Shown here piece by piece: positions 50,340 to 62,628 of a DNA stretch of 64,000 nucleotides. Position numbers and translations under genes: made by a program. This stretch comes from an uncultured delta proteobacterium (GTDB lineage Bacteria > Myxococcota_A > UBA9160 > SZUA-336), in NCBI GenBank assembly GCA_963704165.1, contig CAVPHD010000006.1:96001-160000 (forward strand). The letters are read 5' to 3'. Positions within the stretch are counted from its first letter, which is position 1, and every line of letters starts with the position of its first letter. The notes beneath the pieces were generated by a model. It was not told the origin of the DNA. It saw only the letters and a program-made list of their open reading frames with translations, and did not search any database.

Positions 50340-51625
50340 GTTCGCGCGAGTCTGCTCGCGGACCCGCGCGGGCGCAATCGCGCTGCAAGCGCCACGCCCG
50401 CGTCCGCGGCGAGGGCCGCCGCGACACCGATCGCCTCGCCGGTCGCGAGCGCGGTCCCGATCACGCGCAGCGCACCGAGCGCCTCGTGGGTCGCCGAGAC
50501 GCAGCGCCCCGCCAGACCGAGCCGCGGGATGCGTGCGCGAGACGAGCGCGCCGAGCGGTACCGAGCACGGCCCGATCGGGTACTCGAAGCTGCGCGCGGC
50601 GGTGGTCGTGCCAGAGCTCGATCGGCCAGGTCGAGACCGCCACCTCGTCGTCGCGCCGGCGCCGGCGAGCACGTCGTCCGCGCCGAGCACGACGCGTGCC
50701 GAGCGCACGGCGCGTCTCGCGAATGCCGAGCCTGCGCGGAGCTCCGCGAGCCGGCTCGACGCGAACCCCGGCCGCGTCTCGCGCAGGAACTTCGGCGATC
50801 GCCTCGGCGCTCGCGCGCGCGCTCGACTCGATCGCCTCGACGCAGTCGCGATCGAGAGGCCGCCAGCCGACGCCCGCCGGGCCGGCCGACGTTCAGCGTC
50901 ACGAAGACCTGTCCCGGCGCGCCGCAGCGCGCGCACCACGACCGACTCGCGCCGGCGGGCAGCGCGCCCGTGCGCGCGGCGCCCGCGACGGCGACGCGTG
51001 AGCCGCAGGCGCGCGAAGCCCGCGAGGGCGTCGGCCGTCGACGCCGTCGAGCCGGAAGATGAACGACGGGCATCTGCAGTCGCGACGCGGGCTCGATCGC
51101 CCACGCCGCGCCGCCGAGCGAGCCGCGACGCCGCGTCGCCGCTGGCGTCGACGACGACGCGCGCGCGGAGCTCGCTCGGCCGCCCCGGAGCCGCGCAGCG
51201 CAGAGCTCGCTCGCCACGCGCCGCGTCGCGCGCGAGCTCCGCCGCGACGAGCTCGGTCCCGAGGCGCAGCTCGAGCCGCGGACTCGGCGCGACACCGATC
51301 GCTGTAGAGTGTCGACGAGCGCCGCGGGCACCGTCGGCAGGAACCAGACCCGGCCCGCGCCGCTCGGGCTCGCCCGCCGAGCGCGCACGCGCGAACTCGC
51401 GCGGGAAGCCGGGATGCGCCGGCGACGGCGCTCGCCGCGTCCGCCGGCAGGTAGAGGCCGCAGATCGTGTGCACCAGCGCCTGCGAGGCGTTTCCGCCGA
51501 GCGACGCCTCGCGCTCGACGAGGACCGTGCGCGCGCCCGCGCGCGCCGCCGCGAGCGCGGCCGCGACGCCCGGCGCTGCCGCCGCCGACCACGGCCACGT
51601 CGCAGCGTCGAAGCGCCCGCGGCAC
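50336..51625 (-). CDS. FAD-dependent oxidoreductase (FAD_oxidored type); heavily frameshifted
   Basis: DVAVVGGG.AG, VHTICGLY, VVDASGDA, WPIELW, AGRC.SATHEALGALRVIGTALATGEAIG. Confidence 0.8.
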   Translation of the reverse strand: MPRALRRCDVAVVGGGSAGRRGRARGGARGRAHGPRRARGVARRKRLAGAGAHDLRPLPAGGRGERRRRRIPASRASSRVRARRASPSGAGRVWFLPTVPAALVDTLQRSVSRRVRGSSCASGPSSSRRSSRATRRVASELCAARLRGGRASSARASSSTPAATRRRGSLGGAAWAIEPASRLQMPVVHLPARRRRRPTPSRASRACGSRVAVAGAARTGALPAGASRSWCARCGAPGQVFVTLNVGRPGGRRLAASRSRLRRGDRVERARERRGDRRSSCARRGRGSRRAGSRSSAQARHSRDAPCARHASCSARTTCSPAPARRRGGGLDLADRALARPPPRAASSTRSGRARYRSARSSRARIPRLGLAGRCVSATHEALGALRVIGTALATGEAIGVAAALAADAGVALAARLRPRGSASRLART

Positions 51626-51627
51626 GC

Positions 51628-52975
51628 TCAGCCGCCGAGGAGATCGGCGCGCAGCGCCCGCGCGAAGCATCGCGCAGCTCGTCGTCGGCGAACACGCCCG
51701 CCTGGTGGACGTGGGTCGAGTTCAGGCGCCCCTCGCGCAGCGAGAAGATCAGCCCGCTGCCGGGCGAGGCCGGCACCGACGGCGCGTGGAAGGCGTTCCG
51801 GATCGGCGCGCCGAGGAAGCGCGTCGATGCCGGGCAGGAACTCGTCGGTGTAGGCGAAGAAGAACGAGCAGAGCTCGCCGCCGAAGCGCGCGCCGCGCCA
51901 TCCGCGCGTAGAGGCGGCGCGGCGCGAAGCGCGCGAAGTCCATCGCGACGCGCCCCGGCCTCGACCAGTCCTTCCTTGATCGCCGCGAGCCGCTGCGCCT
52001 TCAGCTCCGCGATCAGCCCGTCGAAGGTCGTCGACCTGCTCCGGCAGGACCTGGAACCAGAGCAGCGAGACGTGGGTGCGGAAGATGGCGCCCTGCCGCG
52101 CCCTTGGCGCGCAGGTTCACGGGCAGCGGAACGACGTAGCTGCCCGGGCTCGACGCCGCGCGCGCGCGAACACCGCGTGGTGCGCGCGGATCGCCGCCGC
52201 GAGGTAGAAGAGCATCGGCGTCAGGAAGCCCGCGCTGCTGCTTCGCGCGCGCGACGATCCGCGCGGTCTCGTCGGGCGGCGAACGTCAGCGACGTCGTAG
52301 CGCGAGCTCCTGCCGCACGCGCGCGAGCGGACCGGCGAGCGAGTGCGGTGGCCGAGCGCGCGAACGACCGCCATCCGCGCTGCCACGCAGCGCCGATCGC
52401 CCCGCGCTTCGCGCGGCTCGCGGGCGGCGGCGTCGTGCGCGGCCTGCGCCGTCGCTCGGGCAGCTCGCTCGCCGGTCGCACGCCGCGCGCCGACCTCGTC
52501 GAGCCAGCGCGACGAAGCGCTCGCTGCCCGAGCCGTCGAGGAGCATGTGCAGCCAGGTGAAGGCGACGTCGCGTGCCGGCCGCGCCGCCGTCGTAGCGCA
52601 CGACGTCGCAGCGCAGGAGCTCGCCGCGCCGTCCGCGAGGCGATCGTTCAGGCGCGCTTGAACGGCTTCGGGATCTCGCGCTCCACTTCGCCCGCCGAGG
52701 ACTCGTGCTCGTGCACCTCGATCGGCGGCAGGTTCGCGCGCGCCGCGAGATCGAGTCGGTACACCGGCGGCCACAGGCCGAAGGGCCGGCGGATCGGCGC
52801 GCGCAGGATCGGCTGCGCCGCGAGCGACCTCGGCGAGGAGCGCGCGCAGGCGATCCGGGTCGAAGCCCGGCCCGAGTCGCAGCACGAGCTGCGACAGGTG
52901 ACTCGAGCCCGCCGTGCGGCGCATCTCGGCGTCGAAGGCGCGCAGGAAGCAGTCCGCGCCGGTGAGCGAAACGCG
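51628..52975 (-). CDS. Stand-alone condensation-domain/CAT-fold acyltransferase; heavily frameshifted
   Basis: LTGADCFL..FD, FTWLHMLLDGSG (HxxxDG), PLPVNLR; start uncertain. Confidence 0.7.
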
Positions 52976-52977
52976 GG

Positions 52978-53246
52978 CTAGCGCGCCAGCGAGCTGACCA
53001 TGCACGCAGGCCGCGAGGGTCTCCGCGTCTCGCGAGCGTCGTCTCGGCGTGAGCAGGCTCTCGTCCACCCAGACGCCCGTGCTCTCCTCGATGGCGAGCA
53101 GGAGCTGCGTCACCGCCAGCGAGTCGAGCCCCGCCTCGACCAGATCCGATTGGGGCGTGAAATCGTCTCCGACCGAGAGCAGATCGGAGCGGAGGATCTC
53201 GTAGATGCGGGTCGTCAGCGCTTCACGGCTCCAGTCATGACGTCAC
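52978..53246 (-). CDS. Acyl/peptidyl carrier protein; frameshifted ends
   Basis: RIYEILRSDLLSVGDDFTPQSDLVEAGLDSLAVTQLLLAIEESTGVW. Confidence 0.85.
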
Positions 53247-53284
53247 GGTGTTTCGCACCGGGCTGCGCGCCTTGTCAAGGCGCG

Positions 53285-53313
53285 TTGAAACAGCTTGGGC
53301 GCTCGTCTAGATT
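53285..53313 (+). promoter_or_regulatory. Sigma70-type promoter of the second halogenase-like operon
   Basis: TTGAAA-17nt-TAGATT, 9 nt upstream of ATG 53323. Confidence 0.7.
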
Positions 53314-53322
53314 GCGGCGAGC

Positions 53323-54573
53323 ATGGGGCCTTCGCCAATTCGCAGGGTCGCGATCATCGGAAGCGGTCCGGCGGGCTCGGCCCTCGCAACCTGGCTCGCC
53401 CGCGGAGGGGTCGACGTCGCCCTCTTCGCGCGCGGCAAGCGCCCACCGATCATCATCGGCGAGTCGCTGGTTCCCGCGGTGGTGCCGTTCCTGCGCGATC
53501 TCGGGATCGAGGACGAGGTCGCGAAGTACAGCCTGTACAAGGCGGGCGCGACGTTCGTCTTCCACCCCGAGCAGACGATCAGCTTCCGCTTCGCCGACTC
53601 CCGCAAGGCGCGCACGCCCTACTCCTACAACGTTCCTCGTGACCGCTTCGACGCGACCCTGCTCGACGCCGCGCTGCGCGCGGGAGCGAAGCTCGTCGAG
53701 CATTCGGCGCGCGTCGAGCGAGCGGATGGCACCGAGATCATCCGGCTCGATCCCGAGGCGCAGGCCCGGGCGACCGAGGCGCTCGGCGGCGCACCCGACC
53801 TGATCGTCGACGCGACGGGACGCGCGCGAACCGTCGCGCGCCTGCTCGATCTTCCGACGGTCGAGGGCCCGCGCAAGGACGCGGCTCTGCACGCGCACTG
53901 CACCGGGGTCGATCTCGTCATGCCGTCCAACGTCCACACCGATCGCCTCGCGCAGGGCTGGAGCTGGCGCATCCCGCTGCCCGGACGCGTCTCGGTGGGA
54001 CTCGTCGTGCCAGGCGCGTTTCTCGAGACCTTCGGCAAGAGCGCGGAGGAGCAGTTCGACAACCTGCTGCGCCGCGAGGCGTCGGCGCGGCCATGGGGAG
54101 AGAAGGCGGAACGCCTCACTCCCGTGGTCCGCTACTCCAACTACCAGCTGCGCGCGACGCGAGCCGCGGGCGACGGCTGGGCGATCGTCGGCGACGCATT
54201 CGGCTTCGTCGATCCGGTCCTCTCGAGCGGCCTTCTGATCGGGCTCGACGGCGCGAAGACGCTGTCACGCGCGATCCTCGGTGGGAAGCCGTCGGGCTTC
54301 GCGACCTACGAAGCGCGCGCGATCCGCATCCTCGACGACTGGACGCGCATCGTCGATGCGTACTACAGCGGCCGGCTCTTCACGCTCTTCCGTGTCGGGC
54401 AGTTCGTGCAGGACACGCGCCTCGGACGCATGGTCGATTTCCACTTCCGAAAGCACATCCCTCGCGTCTTCACGGGCGAGGCGAGCGACAGCCGCTACAG
54501 CATGGCGATCGTCGGCTTCATGCTGAAGTACGGTCTGGCGGGGAACGACCCCGCCGAGTTCGCGATCCGGTGA
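53323..54573 (+). CDS. Flavin-dependent halogenase-like oxidoreductase
   Basis: GSGPAG, IGESL, YKAGA (Lys), R..FD..L, WSWRIP, GDA.GFVDPVLSSG. Confidence 0.82.
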   Translation: MGPSPIRRVAIIGSGPAGSALATWLARGGVDVALFARGKRPPIIIGESLVPAVVPFLRDLGIEDEVAKYSLYKAGATFVFHPEQTISFRFADSRKARTPYSYNVPRDRFDATLLDAALRAGAKLVEHSARVERADGTEIIRLDPEAQARATEALGGAPDLIVDATGRARTVARLLDLPTVEGPRKDAALHAHCTGVDLVMPSNVHTDRLAQGWSWRIPLPGRVSVGLVVPGAFLETFGKSAEEQFDNLLRREASARPWGEKAERLTPVVRYSNYQLRATRAAGDGWAIVGDAFGFVDPVLSSGLLIGLDGAKTLSRAILGGKPSGFATYEARAIRILDDWTRIVDAYYSGRLFTLFRVGQFVQDTRLGRMVDFHFRKHIPRVFTGEASDSRYSMAIVGFMLKYGLAGNDPAEFAIR

Positions 54574-54583
54574 TGCGGACGCG

Positions 54584-56129
54584 ATGAGATTCCGCCGCGA
54601 GGCGCGAGCGCGACCGATACGACGTGATCGTCGTCGGCAGCGGTCTCGGAGGTCTGAGCTGCGCGGCGCTGCTCGCTCGCTCCGGCCGGTCGGTGCTCGT
54701 GGTCGAGCGCCACGACCGCCCGGGCGGCTACGCGCACTCGTTCCGGCGCGAGGGCTGCGAGTTCGACTCGGCCGTGCATCTCGTCGGCGGCTGCGAGCCG
54801 ACGGCGTTCGCGGGCGGCGGACTCCTGCACCGGGTGCTCGAAGCGGTCGGCGCGCGCGACGAGCTCTCGTTCGAGCGCATCGACCCGCTCTACACCGCCG
54901 TGTTCCCCGGACTCGAGCTGCGGCCCCGGCTCGGCCTCGACGAGTTCGAACGCGCGCACGCGGACGCGTTCCCCAGCGAGCGCAAGGGACTGCACGACCT
55001 GCTTCAGGAGTGCCTCGCGATCCAGATCGAGGCGCGGCGCGCGGCAGAGCTCGCGTCGCCCTTCGAAGTCATGCAGCGGCCCGGGCGCTTTCCGACGCTG
55101 GTCCGCTACCGGCGGGCGACGCTCGCGCGGGTCATGGACGAGCATCTCGACGACGCGCGCGCGAAGGCCGTGTTCGCGACGTTCTGGCCGTATCTCGGTC
55201 TGCCTCCGGGACGCGTCTCGTTCCTGTACTTCGCGACGATGCTGCTCTCGTACGTGGCGGAGGGCGCGTACTACTGCCGGGGCAGCTTCCAGAAGCTCGC
55301 ACGCGCGTTCGCGCGCGCGGTCGAGCGCGACGGCGGCGAGGTTCTGCTGCGCAGCACCGTGCGCCGGATCGTCGTCGAGGGCGGACGTGTCGCCGGCGTG
55401 CTGCTCGAGAACGGCCAGAGGATCGAAGCGCCCGTCGTGGTGTCGAACGCGGACCTGCGCCAGACCGTCGAGGAGCTCGTCGGTGCCGAGCACTTCTCGG
55501 CCCGCTTCCGTCGCCCGCTCGCCCGTCTGTCGCCATCGATCTCCGCGTTCGTGACCTATCTCGCGACCGATCTCGACCTCGCGAGCTTGCGCGCCACGCA
55601 CGAGACGTTTGCCTACGAGAGCTTCGACCACGAAGCCGCCTTCGAGGCGACGCTCGCCGGGCGGCCCGGGTGGTGGAGCGCGACCGTGCCGACGCTCGCC
55701 GATCCGACGCTGGCACCCGCGGGCACGCACCTGATGACGCTGACGACGCTCGTTCCGTACGACGCCGCGAAGAACTGGCGCGCGGAGAAGCCCGCGCGCG
55801 TCGCTGCGATGATCGACGCCGCGTCGAAGCGATTCCCCGGCCTCGGCGAGTCCGTCCGCTTCGCCGAGGCCGGAACACCGCGCACCATGGAGCGCTATAC
55901 ACGAAACAGCGACGGGGCGATCTACGGCTGGGCGCTCGCGCCCGACCAGGTCGGACCGGGCCGACCCGCGAACGAGACGCCTCTCGCCGGACTCTGGCTC
56001 GCCGGGCACTGGGCCCAGCCGGGAGGCGGCGTCTACGGAGTGGTGACCTCCGGAGTGAACGCGGCTCGGGGGATCTTGGGCTTCGCGCACGACACGGACC
56101 TGTTCGCACACCTTCCGCGGCGAAGCTGA
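54584..56129 (+). CDS. Phytoene desaturase/retinol saturase-like FAD oxidoreductase; probable indel right after the ATG
   Basis: YDVIVVGSGLGGL, ERH..PGGY..SF.R.G.EFD, TP.T..RY....GAIYG, GHW..PGGG. Confidence 0.88.
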
Positions 56130-57400
56130 TGGACTGGTTCGACCTCGCGCGCTTCGGGATGTTCGTGCACTGGGGTCACATCGCGCAGCGCGGAATCGAG
56201 ATCAGCTGGCCGCTGGTCGGGGGCGCGGGCGCACCGCACCACGGACAAGCGTCGCTCGGCGTCGCCGAGTACCACGCGAGCGCGACGACGCTTCGCGCCG
56301 AAGCCCCACGCCGCGCGCGACTGGCTGCGCGCGCGCCGAAGCGCGCCGGCATGCAGTACGCGGTCTTCACCGCCAAGCACCACGACGGCTACGCGATGTG
56401 GCCGACACGAAGCCGTCGCGACTTCTCGATCGAGCACTCGCCTACGGCCGCGACATCGTGCGCGAGTTCGTCGACGCGATGCGCGACGAGGGGCTGCGCG
56501 TCGGGCTCTACTACTCGCTCATGCGACTGGCACCACCCGGACTACCCGCCGTTCACGGACGAGGACACGCCCGTACCGCTTCGGGAGCGTGCCGCAGCCG
56601 ACGCCCGAGCAGTGGGAGCGCTTCCTCGCGTTCCATGTTCGCGCAGGTGCGCGAGCTGCTGACGGACTACGGGCAGATCGACCTCATCTGGTTCGACGGC
56701 GGCTGGGAGCGCACGCCCGAGCAGTGGCAGGCCACGGAGCTCGAGCGCGCTGATCCGCGAGCTGCAGCCCGAGATCCTGATCAACGACCGGCTGCCCGGG
56801 CGCGGCGACTTCGAGACGCCCGAGCAGTTCGTCCCGCCGCGAGCCGCCGGCGCGGCACGTGGGAGACCTGCATGACGATGAACGAGAGCTGGGGCTACAA
56901 CCCGCGACGACGCGCACTGGAAGTCGGCGCGCGCGCTCGTGCACACGCTCTGCGAGGTCGCCGGGCCGGGCGGCAACCTGCTGCTGAACGTCGAGCCCGA
57001 TGGGCGACGGCGCGCTCCGGCCGGAGCACGTCGAGCGGCTCGAGGCGATCGCGGCGTGGATGTCGCGCAACGGCGAGAGCGATCGTCGGCACGGCAGCCC
57101 GGGCTCGAGCCGTGGCAGTTCTACGGCCCGTCGACGCGAAACGCGGCGAACGCGTCTTACCTGCACCTGCTGATGCGGCCGTACGAGTCGGTCACGGTGC
57201 GCGGCGTGCCGATCCGGCGCGTGCGCGCGGTGCGCGAGCTGCGCGAGCGGACGCGCGCTCGCGCACCGCGGACGCTGCGACGATCATCGACCAGATGTTC
57301 AACGCCGGATCCGATCGGCGAGCTCACGATCGAGGTGCCCGAGGAGCTGCTCGACCCGCTCGCGACCGTGATCGAGCTCGAGATCTCAGCTCGCGCCTGA
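56129..57400 (+). CDS. GH29 alpha-L-fucosidase-like glycosidase without signal peptide; multiple frameshifts
   Basis: [55 protein letters not shown]. Confidence 0.88.
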
Positions 57401-57692
57401 GCTCCGCGCCAGCTCGCTGATCACCTGCGCGAGCGCGACGTCGCGCTCGGTGATGCCGTTCGATTCGTGCGTGACCAGGTCGATGCTGACGCGACTCCAG
57501 ACGTTCGACCACTCCGGGTGGTGATCGCGCTTCTCGGCTTCGAGCGCGACCCGCGTCATGAACGCGAAGGCGGAGCTGAAGTCGGCGAAGCGGAGATCGC
57601 GGTGCAGCTTTCCGTCCCGGACTTTCCAGCGCGGGCAGCGCCCGCAGCGCGTTCTCGAGCTGCTTCTCGCCGAGCTTCGTGGGTGCGGCCAT
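57386..57692 (-). CDS. phhB: Pterin-4a-carbinolamine dehydratase; frameshift near 57630
   Basis: F.DF..AFAFM.RVA..AE..DHHPEW.NV...V.I.L.TH...GIT.RD. Confidence 0.92.
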
Positions 57693-57756
57693 CCGCGAAG
57701 GCTCCCACCGGCCCGGTCGGGCGTCAAACCCGGAACGAGTTCGCTAGCGTAGCCAC

Positions 57757-59093
57757 GTGGCCAGGATTCGACCCAAGCTCGAGAAGACAGAGGCCCGTCC
57801 CGGAGCGCTCGCACTCGCTGCGCTGCTCGGAGCCGCAGCGGCGGCGTGGGCCGCGTTCCAGTGGTGGCAACTCATGGTCGGGCGGCAGGGTGGCGAGATC
57901 CTCTGCTCGCCCGTCGGCGACGGTCACTGCGCGGAGGTCTGGGACTCCCCGTTCGCTTCGGCCGTGCATGCGTGGACGGGACTGCCCGTCGCCGGTTGGG
58001 GTGTCGCGTGGGGGCTGATCGCACTCGCGCTGCCGCTCGTCGCGCGCTCGCGGCTGTCGAGCCGGCGTGCGGCCGATGCGTGGATCGCGGCGACGCTCTG
58101 CACGGGCGTCGCCGGCGCGTTCGGCGTTGCGGCCCTGATCGGGGTGTCGCTGCGCTTCGGACACCTCTGCTCGACTTGCGGCCTCACCTACCTGCTCGTG
58201 CTCGGCTACGCCGCGGTCTGCTTCTTCGGGGTGCGCAATCCGCTGCGGAGCGACCTGCTGCGCGGTGTCGGTCTCGCTGCGAGCGCGCTCGTCGATTCGC
58301 GTTCGCGGTCCTGCTCGTTCCCGGCCTCCAGACCCCGCAGAGCTCGACAGCTGCGGGCGCGCGCGCGGTCGAGACGCTCGAACGACTCCCGGCGGATACG
58401 AGCGATGCCGAGGAGCTTTCGCGCTTCATCCGCGAAGCTTCTCCCGAGGCGCGCCAGCTGCTCTCGGACGTGCTCGCCGACTACGCCGCGGGACCGGTGC
58501 TCACGCCGCCCGCCGCACGCGCGCGGATCGGCCCGCCCACCGCGCGCCTGGAGCTGACCGAGTGGTCCGACACGCTCTGCAGTCACTGCGCGCAGCTTCA
58601 CCAGACACTCGAGCAGATGCAGCAGCGCCTGGGTCCCGACACGTTCTCGCTCGTGGCTCACCAGTACCCGCTCGATCCCGCGTGCAACTCGAGCATGCAG
58701 GGAGGAAAGAGCGACCCGGTGCGCTGCACGAGTGCGCGCGCGCAGATCTGCGCCGAGGGCCGGCCGGGGGCCTTCGAGCTGACGGGCGAGCTGTTCCGAC
58801 GCCAGCGCGCGCTGACCGAGCCGATCGTGCTCGAGCTGGCCTCGCGCGTGCTTCCGCGCGCCGAGCTCGAGTCCTGCCTGCGCGCCCCCGAGACCGAGCG
58901 CAAGCTACAGGAGGACATCGCCTGGGCGGTCGCGCACGACATCCACGGCACACCCATGTTGCTGATCGGTGGCCGGAAGGCCCTGCCCTTCCCGCCGCTG
59001 CTCTACGCGCTCGCGCTGACGCGGGGCTCGGCGTCGCATCCCGAGTTCGCCGCGCTCCCACCGCCGAAGCCGCTACCGAAACACGAGCACTGA
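57757..59093 (+). CDS. VKOR domain fused to DsbA-like thioredoxin; frameshift near 58290
   Basis: C..GHC..V..SP, G.PVA..G, CSTC in TM part; CSHC and GTP in soluble part. Confidence 0.85.
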
Positions 59094-59100
59094 GCGGCGC

Positions 59101-59970
59101 CTATTCGCGTCCCGTCGGAGGTCCGACCGGGGTCGGATCGCGCTCCTCGACGATGTTCTCCATGCGGTGGCGGATCATCGACTTCCACTGCGGGTGCGTG
59201 AGGATCCAGAAGCGCCTCTCGCGAATCGCGTCGAGCACGAGATCGCCGACGGCCCGTGGATCGAGACCGCCCGCGAGCAGCGACTCGACGAGCTTGCGGC
59301 GGATCTCCGCCTCGGGGCTGGTGCGGTTCTGCGGCAGGTGGTGCTTCACGGCCTCGGGCTGATTGCGCCGGGACGATTCGAGGATCTCGGTGTTGATCCA
59401 GCCCGGACACAGAACCGAAACACCGACGCCCGAAGCTCCCTGCGCGGTGAGCTCGTTGAAGAGCGCCTCGGAGAGCGCGACGACCGCGTGCTTCGTCACG
59501 CCGTAGAGCGCGTTGCCCCCAGCCGAGATCAGTCCGGCCATCGAGGCGGTGTTGACGATCTGTCCCTCGCCCTGCTCGAGCAGGATCGGCGTGAACGTGC
59601 GAACGCCGTGGACGACGCCCATCAGGTTCACGCCGACGATCCACTCCCAGTCGTGGAGCGTGCTCTCCCAGGTCGGCACGCCCCCGTGCGCGACGCCTGC
59701 GTTGTTGCAGACCACGTGCACGGCGCCGAACGCATCGAGCGCGCGCCGGGCCAGCGCATCGACTTCGTCCTGGCGCGACACGTCGGTCTTCACCGGCAGC
59801 ACCTCGGCGCCGGACTTCTCGAGCTCGCGCGCGACCCGCTCGAGCCTTTCGGAATCGACGTCGGCAAGCACGAGCTTCATGCCCGCGGCGGCGAAGCTCT
59901 CGGCCATGCCCCGGCCGATGCCGCTCGCGGCTCCGGTGATCACTGCGACCTTGCCCTCGACTTCCTTCAT
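59101..59970 (-). CDS. Short-chain dehydrogenase/reductase
   Basis: TGAASGIG, CNNAG, YGVTK, LCPG. Confidence 0.94.
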   Translation of the reverse strand: MKEVEGKVAVITGAASGIGRGMAESFAAAGMKLVLADVDSERLERVARELEKSGAEVLPVKTDVSRQDEVDALARRALDAFGAVHVVCNNAGVAHGGVPTWESTLHDWEWIVGVNLMGVVHGVRTFTPILLEQGEGQIVNTASMAGLISAGGNALYGVTKHAVVALSEALFNELTAQGASGVGVSVLCPGWINTEILESSRRNQPEAVKHHLPQNRTSPEAEIRRKLVESLLAGGLDPRAVGDLVLDAIRERRFWILTHPQWKSMIRHRMENIVEERDPTPVGPPTGRE

Positions 59971-60009
59971 CGCGCCCTCCGCTGTCGGTCGATCATGGCA
60001 TGGCGGGAA

Positions 60010-60454
60010 TCATCGGGTGCCGTGCCGGTGGCAGTGCAGGCAGGCGCCGGAGACCTCCTCGACCAGGGTGTAGTTCGGCGGTTCGGCGAGCACGCCACGA
60101 CGCGCGGTCTCGAGGTCGGTACGGAACATGTCGCGGTGCTCGTCGACCAGGGGGTGGTTGGTGCGAACGCCCTCGCGACCGAGCCGCCGGGTCGCGTCCT
60201 CCATGATCACGAGCAGGCGCGCGATCTCGTCGCGCTGCTCGGGCCCGACCCCCGCCGGATCGTGAACCAGCGCATCGATGCGGTTCACGTCGCGCGCGAG
60301 CTGCCACATGACCGACTTCAACTGGTCCTGGGTGATGTAGTCGAAGCTCGGCCCGTAGGTGTACGGGCGCATGAAAGAGCCGACCTTGGCGCACGCGAGC
60401 AGGCCCGAGGCGAGCGCGAGCGCCGTGACCCAAGCCGAGAAGTCTGCGCGGCAT
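60010..60454 (-). CDS. Monoheme c-type cytochrome lipoprotein (cytochrome c'-like); 1-nt indel near 60435
   Basis: Lipobox LLAC in frame upstream of 60372; helical body; single C-terminal CLHCH. Confidence 0.7.
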
Positions 60455-60489
60455 CCGTCCCCCTTTGCCGCGGACAGTACAATGCCGCG

Positions 60490-62496
<2,007 letters not shown>

Positions 62497-62500
<4 letters not shown>

Positions 62501-62628
62501 GCCGCGTGCGGCGAGCGTTCGCGGCGCTTCGCGCGTTCATGCGCGGCTTCATCGGCGCGACGCAGCTCGGTGCCGATCCGCGGCGCGCGCTCTGCGAGCA
62601 CGGAGAGAAGCGCGGACGCTGCTGCTAG
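62497..62628 (+). CDS. Small CstA-associated protein ending in RCC (YbdD/YjiX-like), 43 aa
   Basis: ATGA overlap with the cstA stop; [43 protein letters not shown]. Confidence 0.75.

Noticed and set aside
52286..53113. ACP-condensation fusion protein as shown in the ORF track
   Set aside because: The junction lies in an indel-rich patch with a nearby TAG at 52978; separate genes are at least as likely
54584..56129. Carotenoid biosynthesis
   Set aside because: No phytoene synthase, GGPP synthase or cyclase in the window
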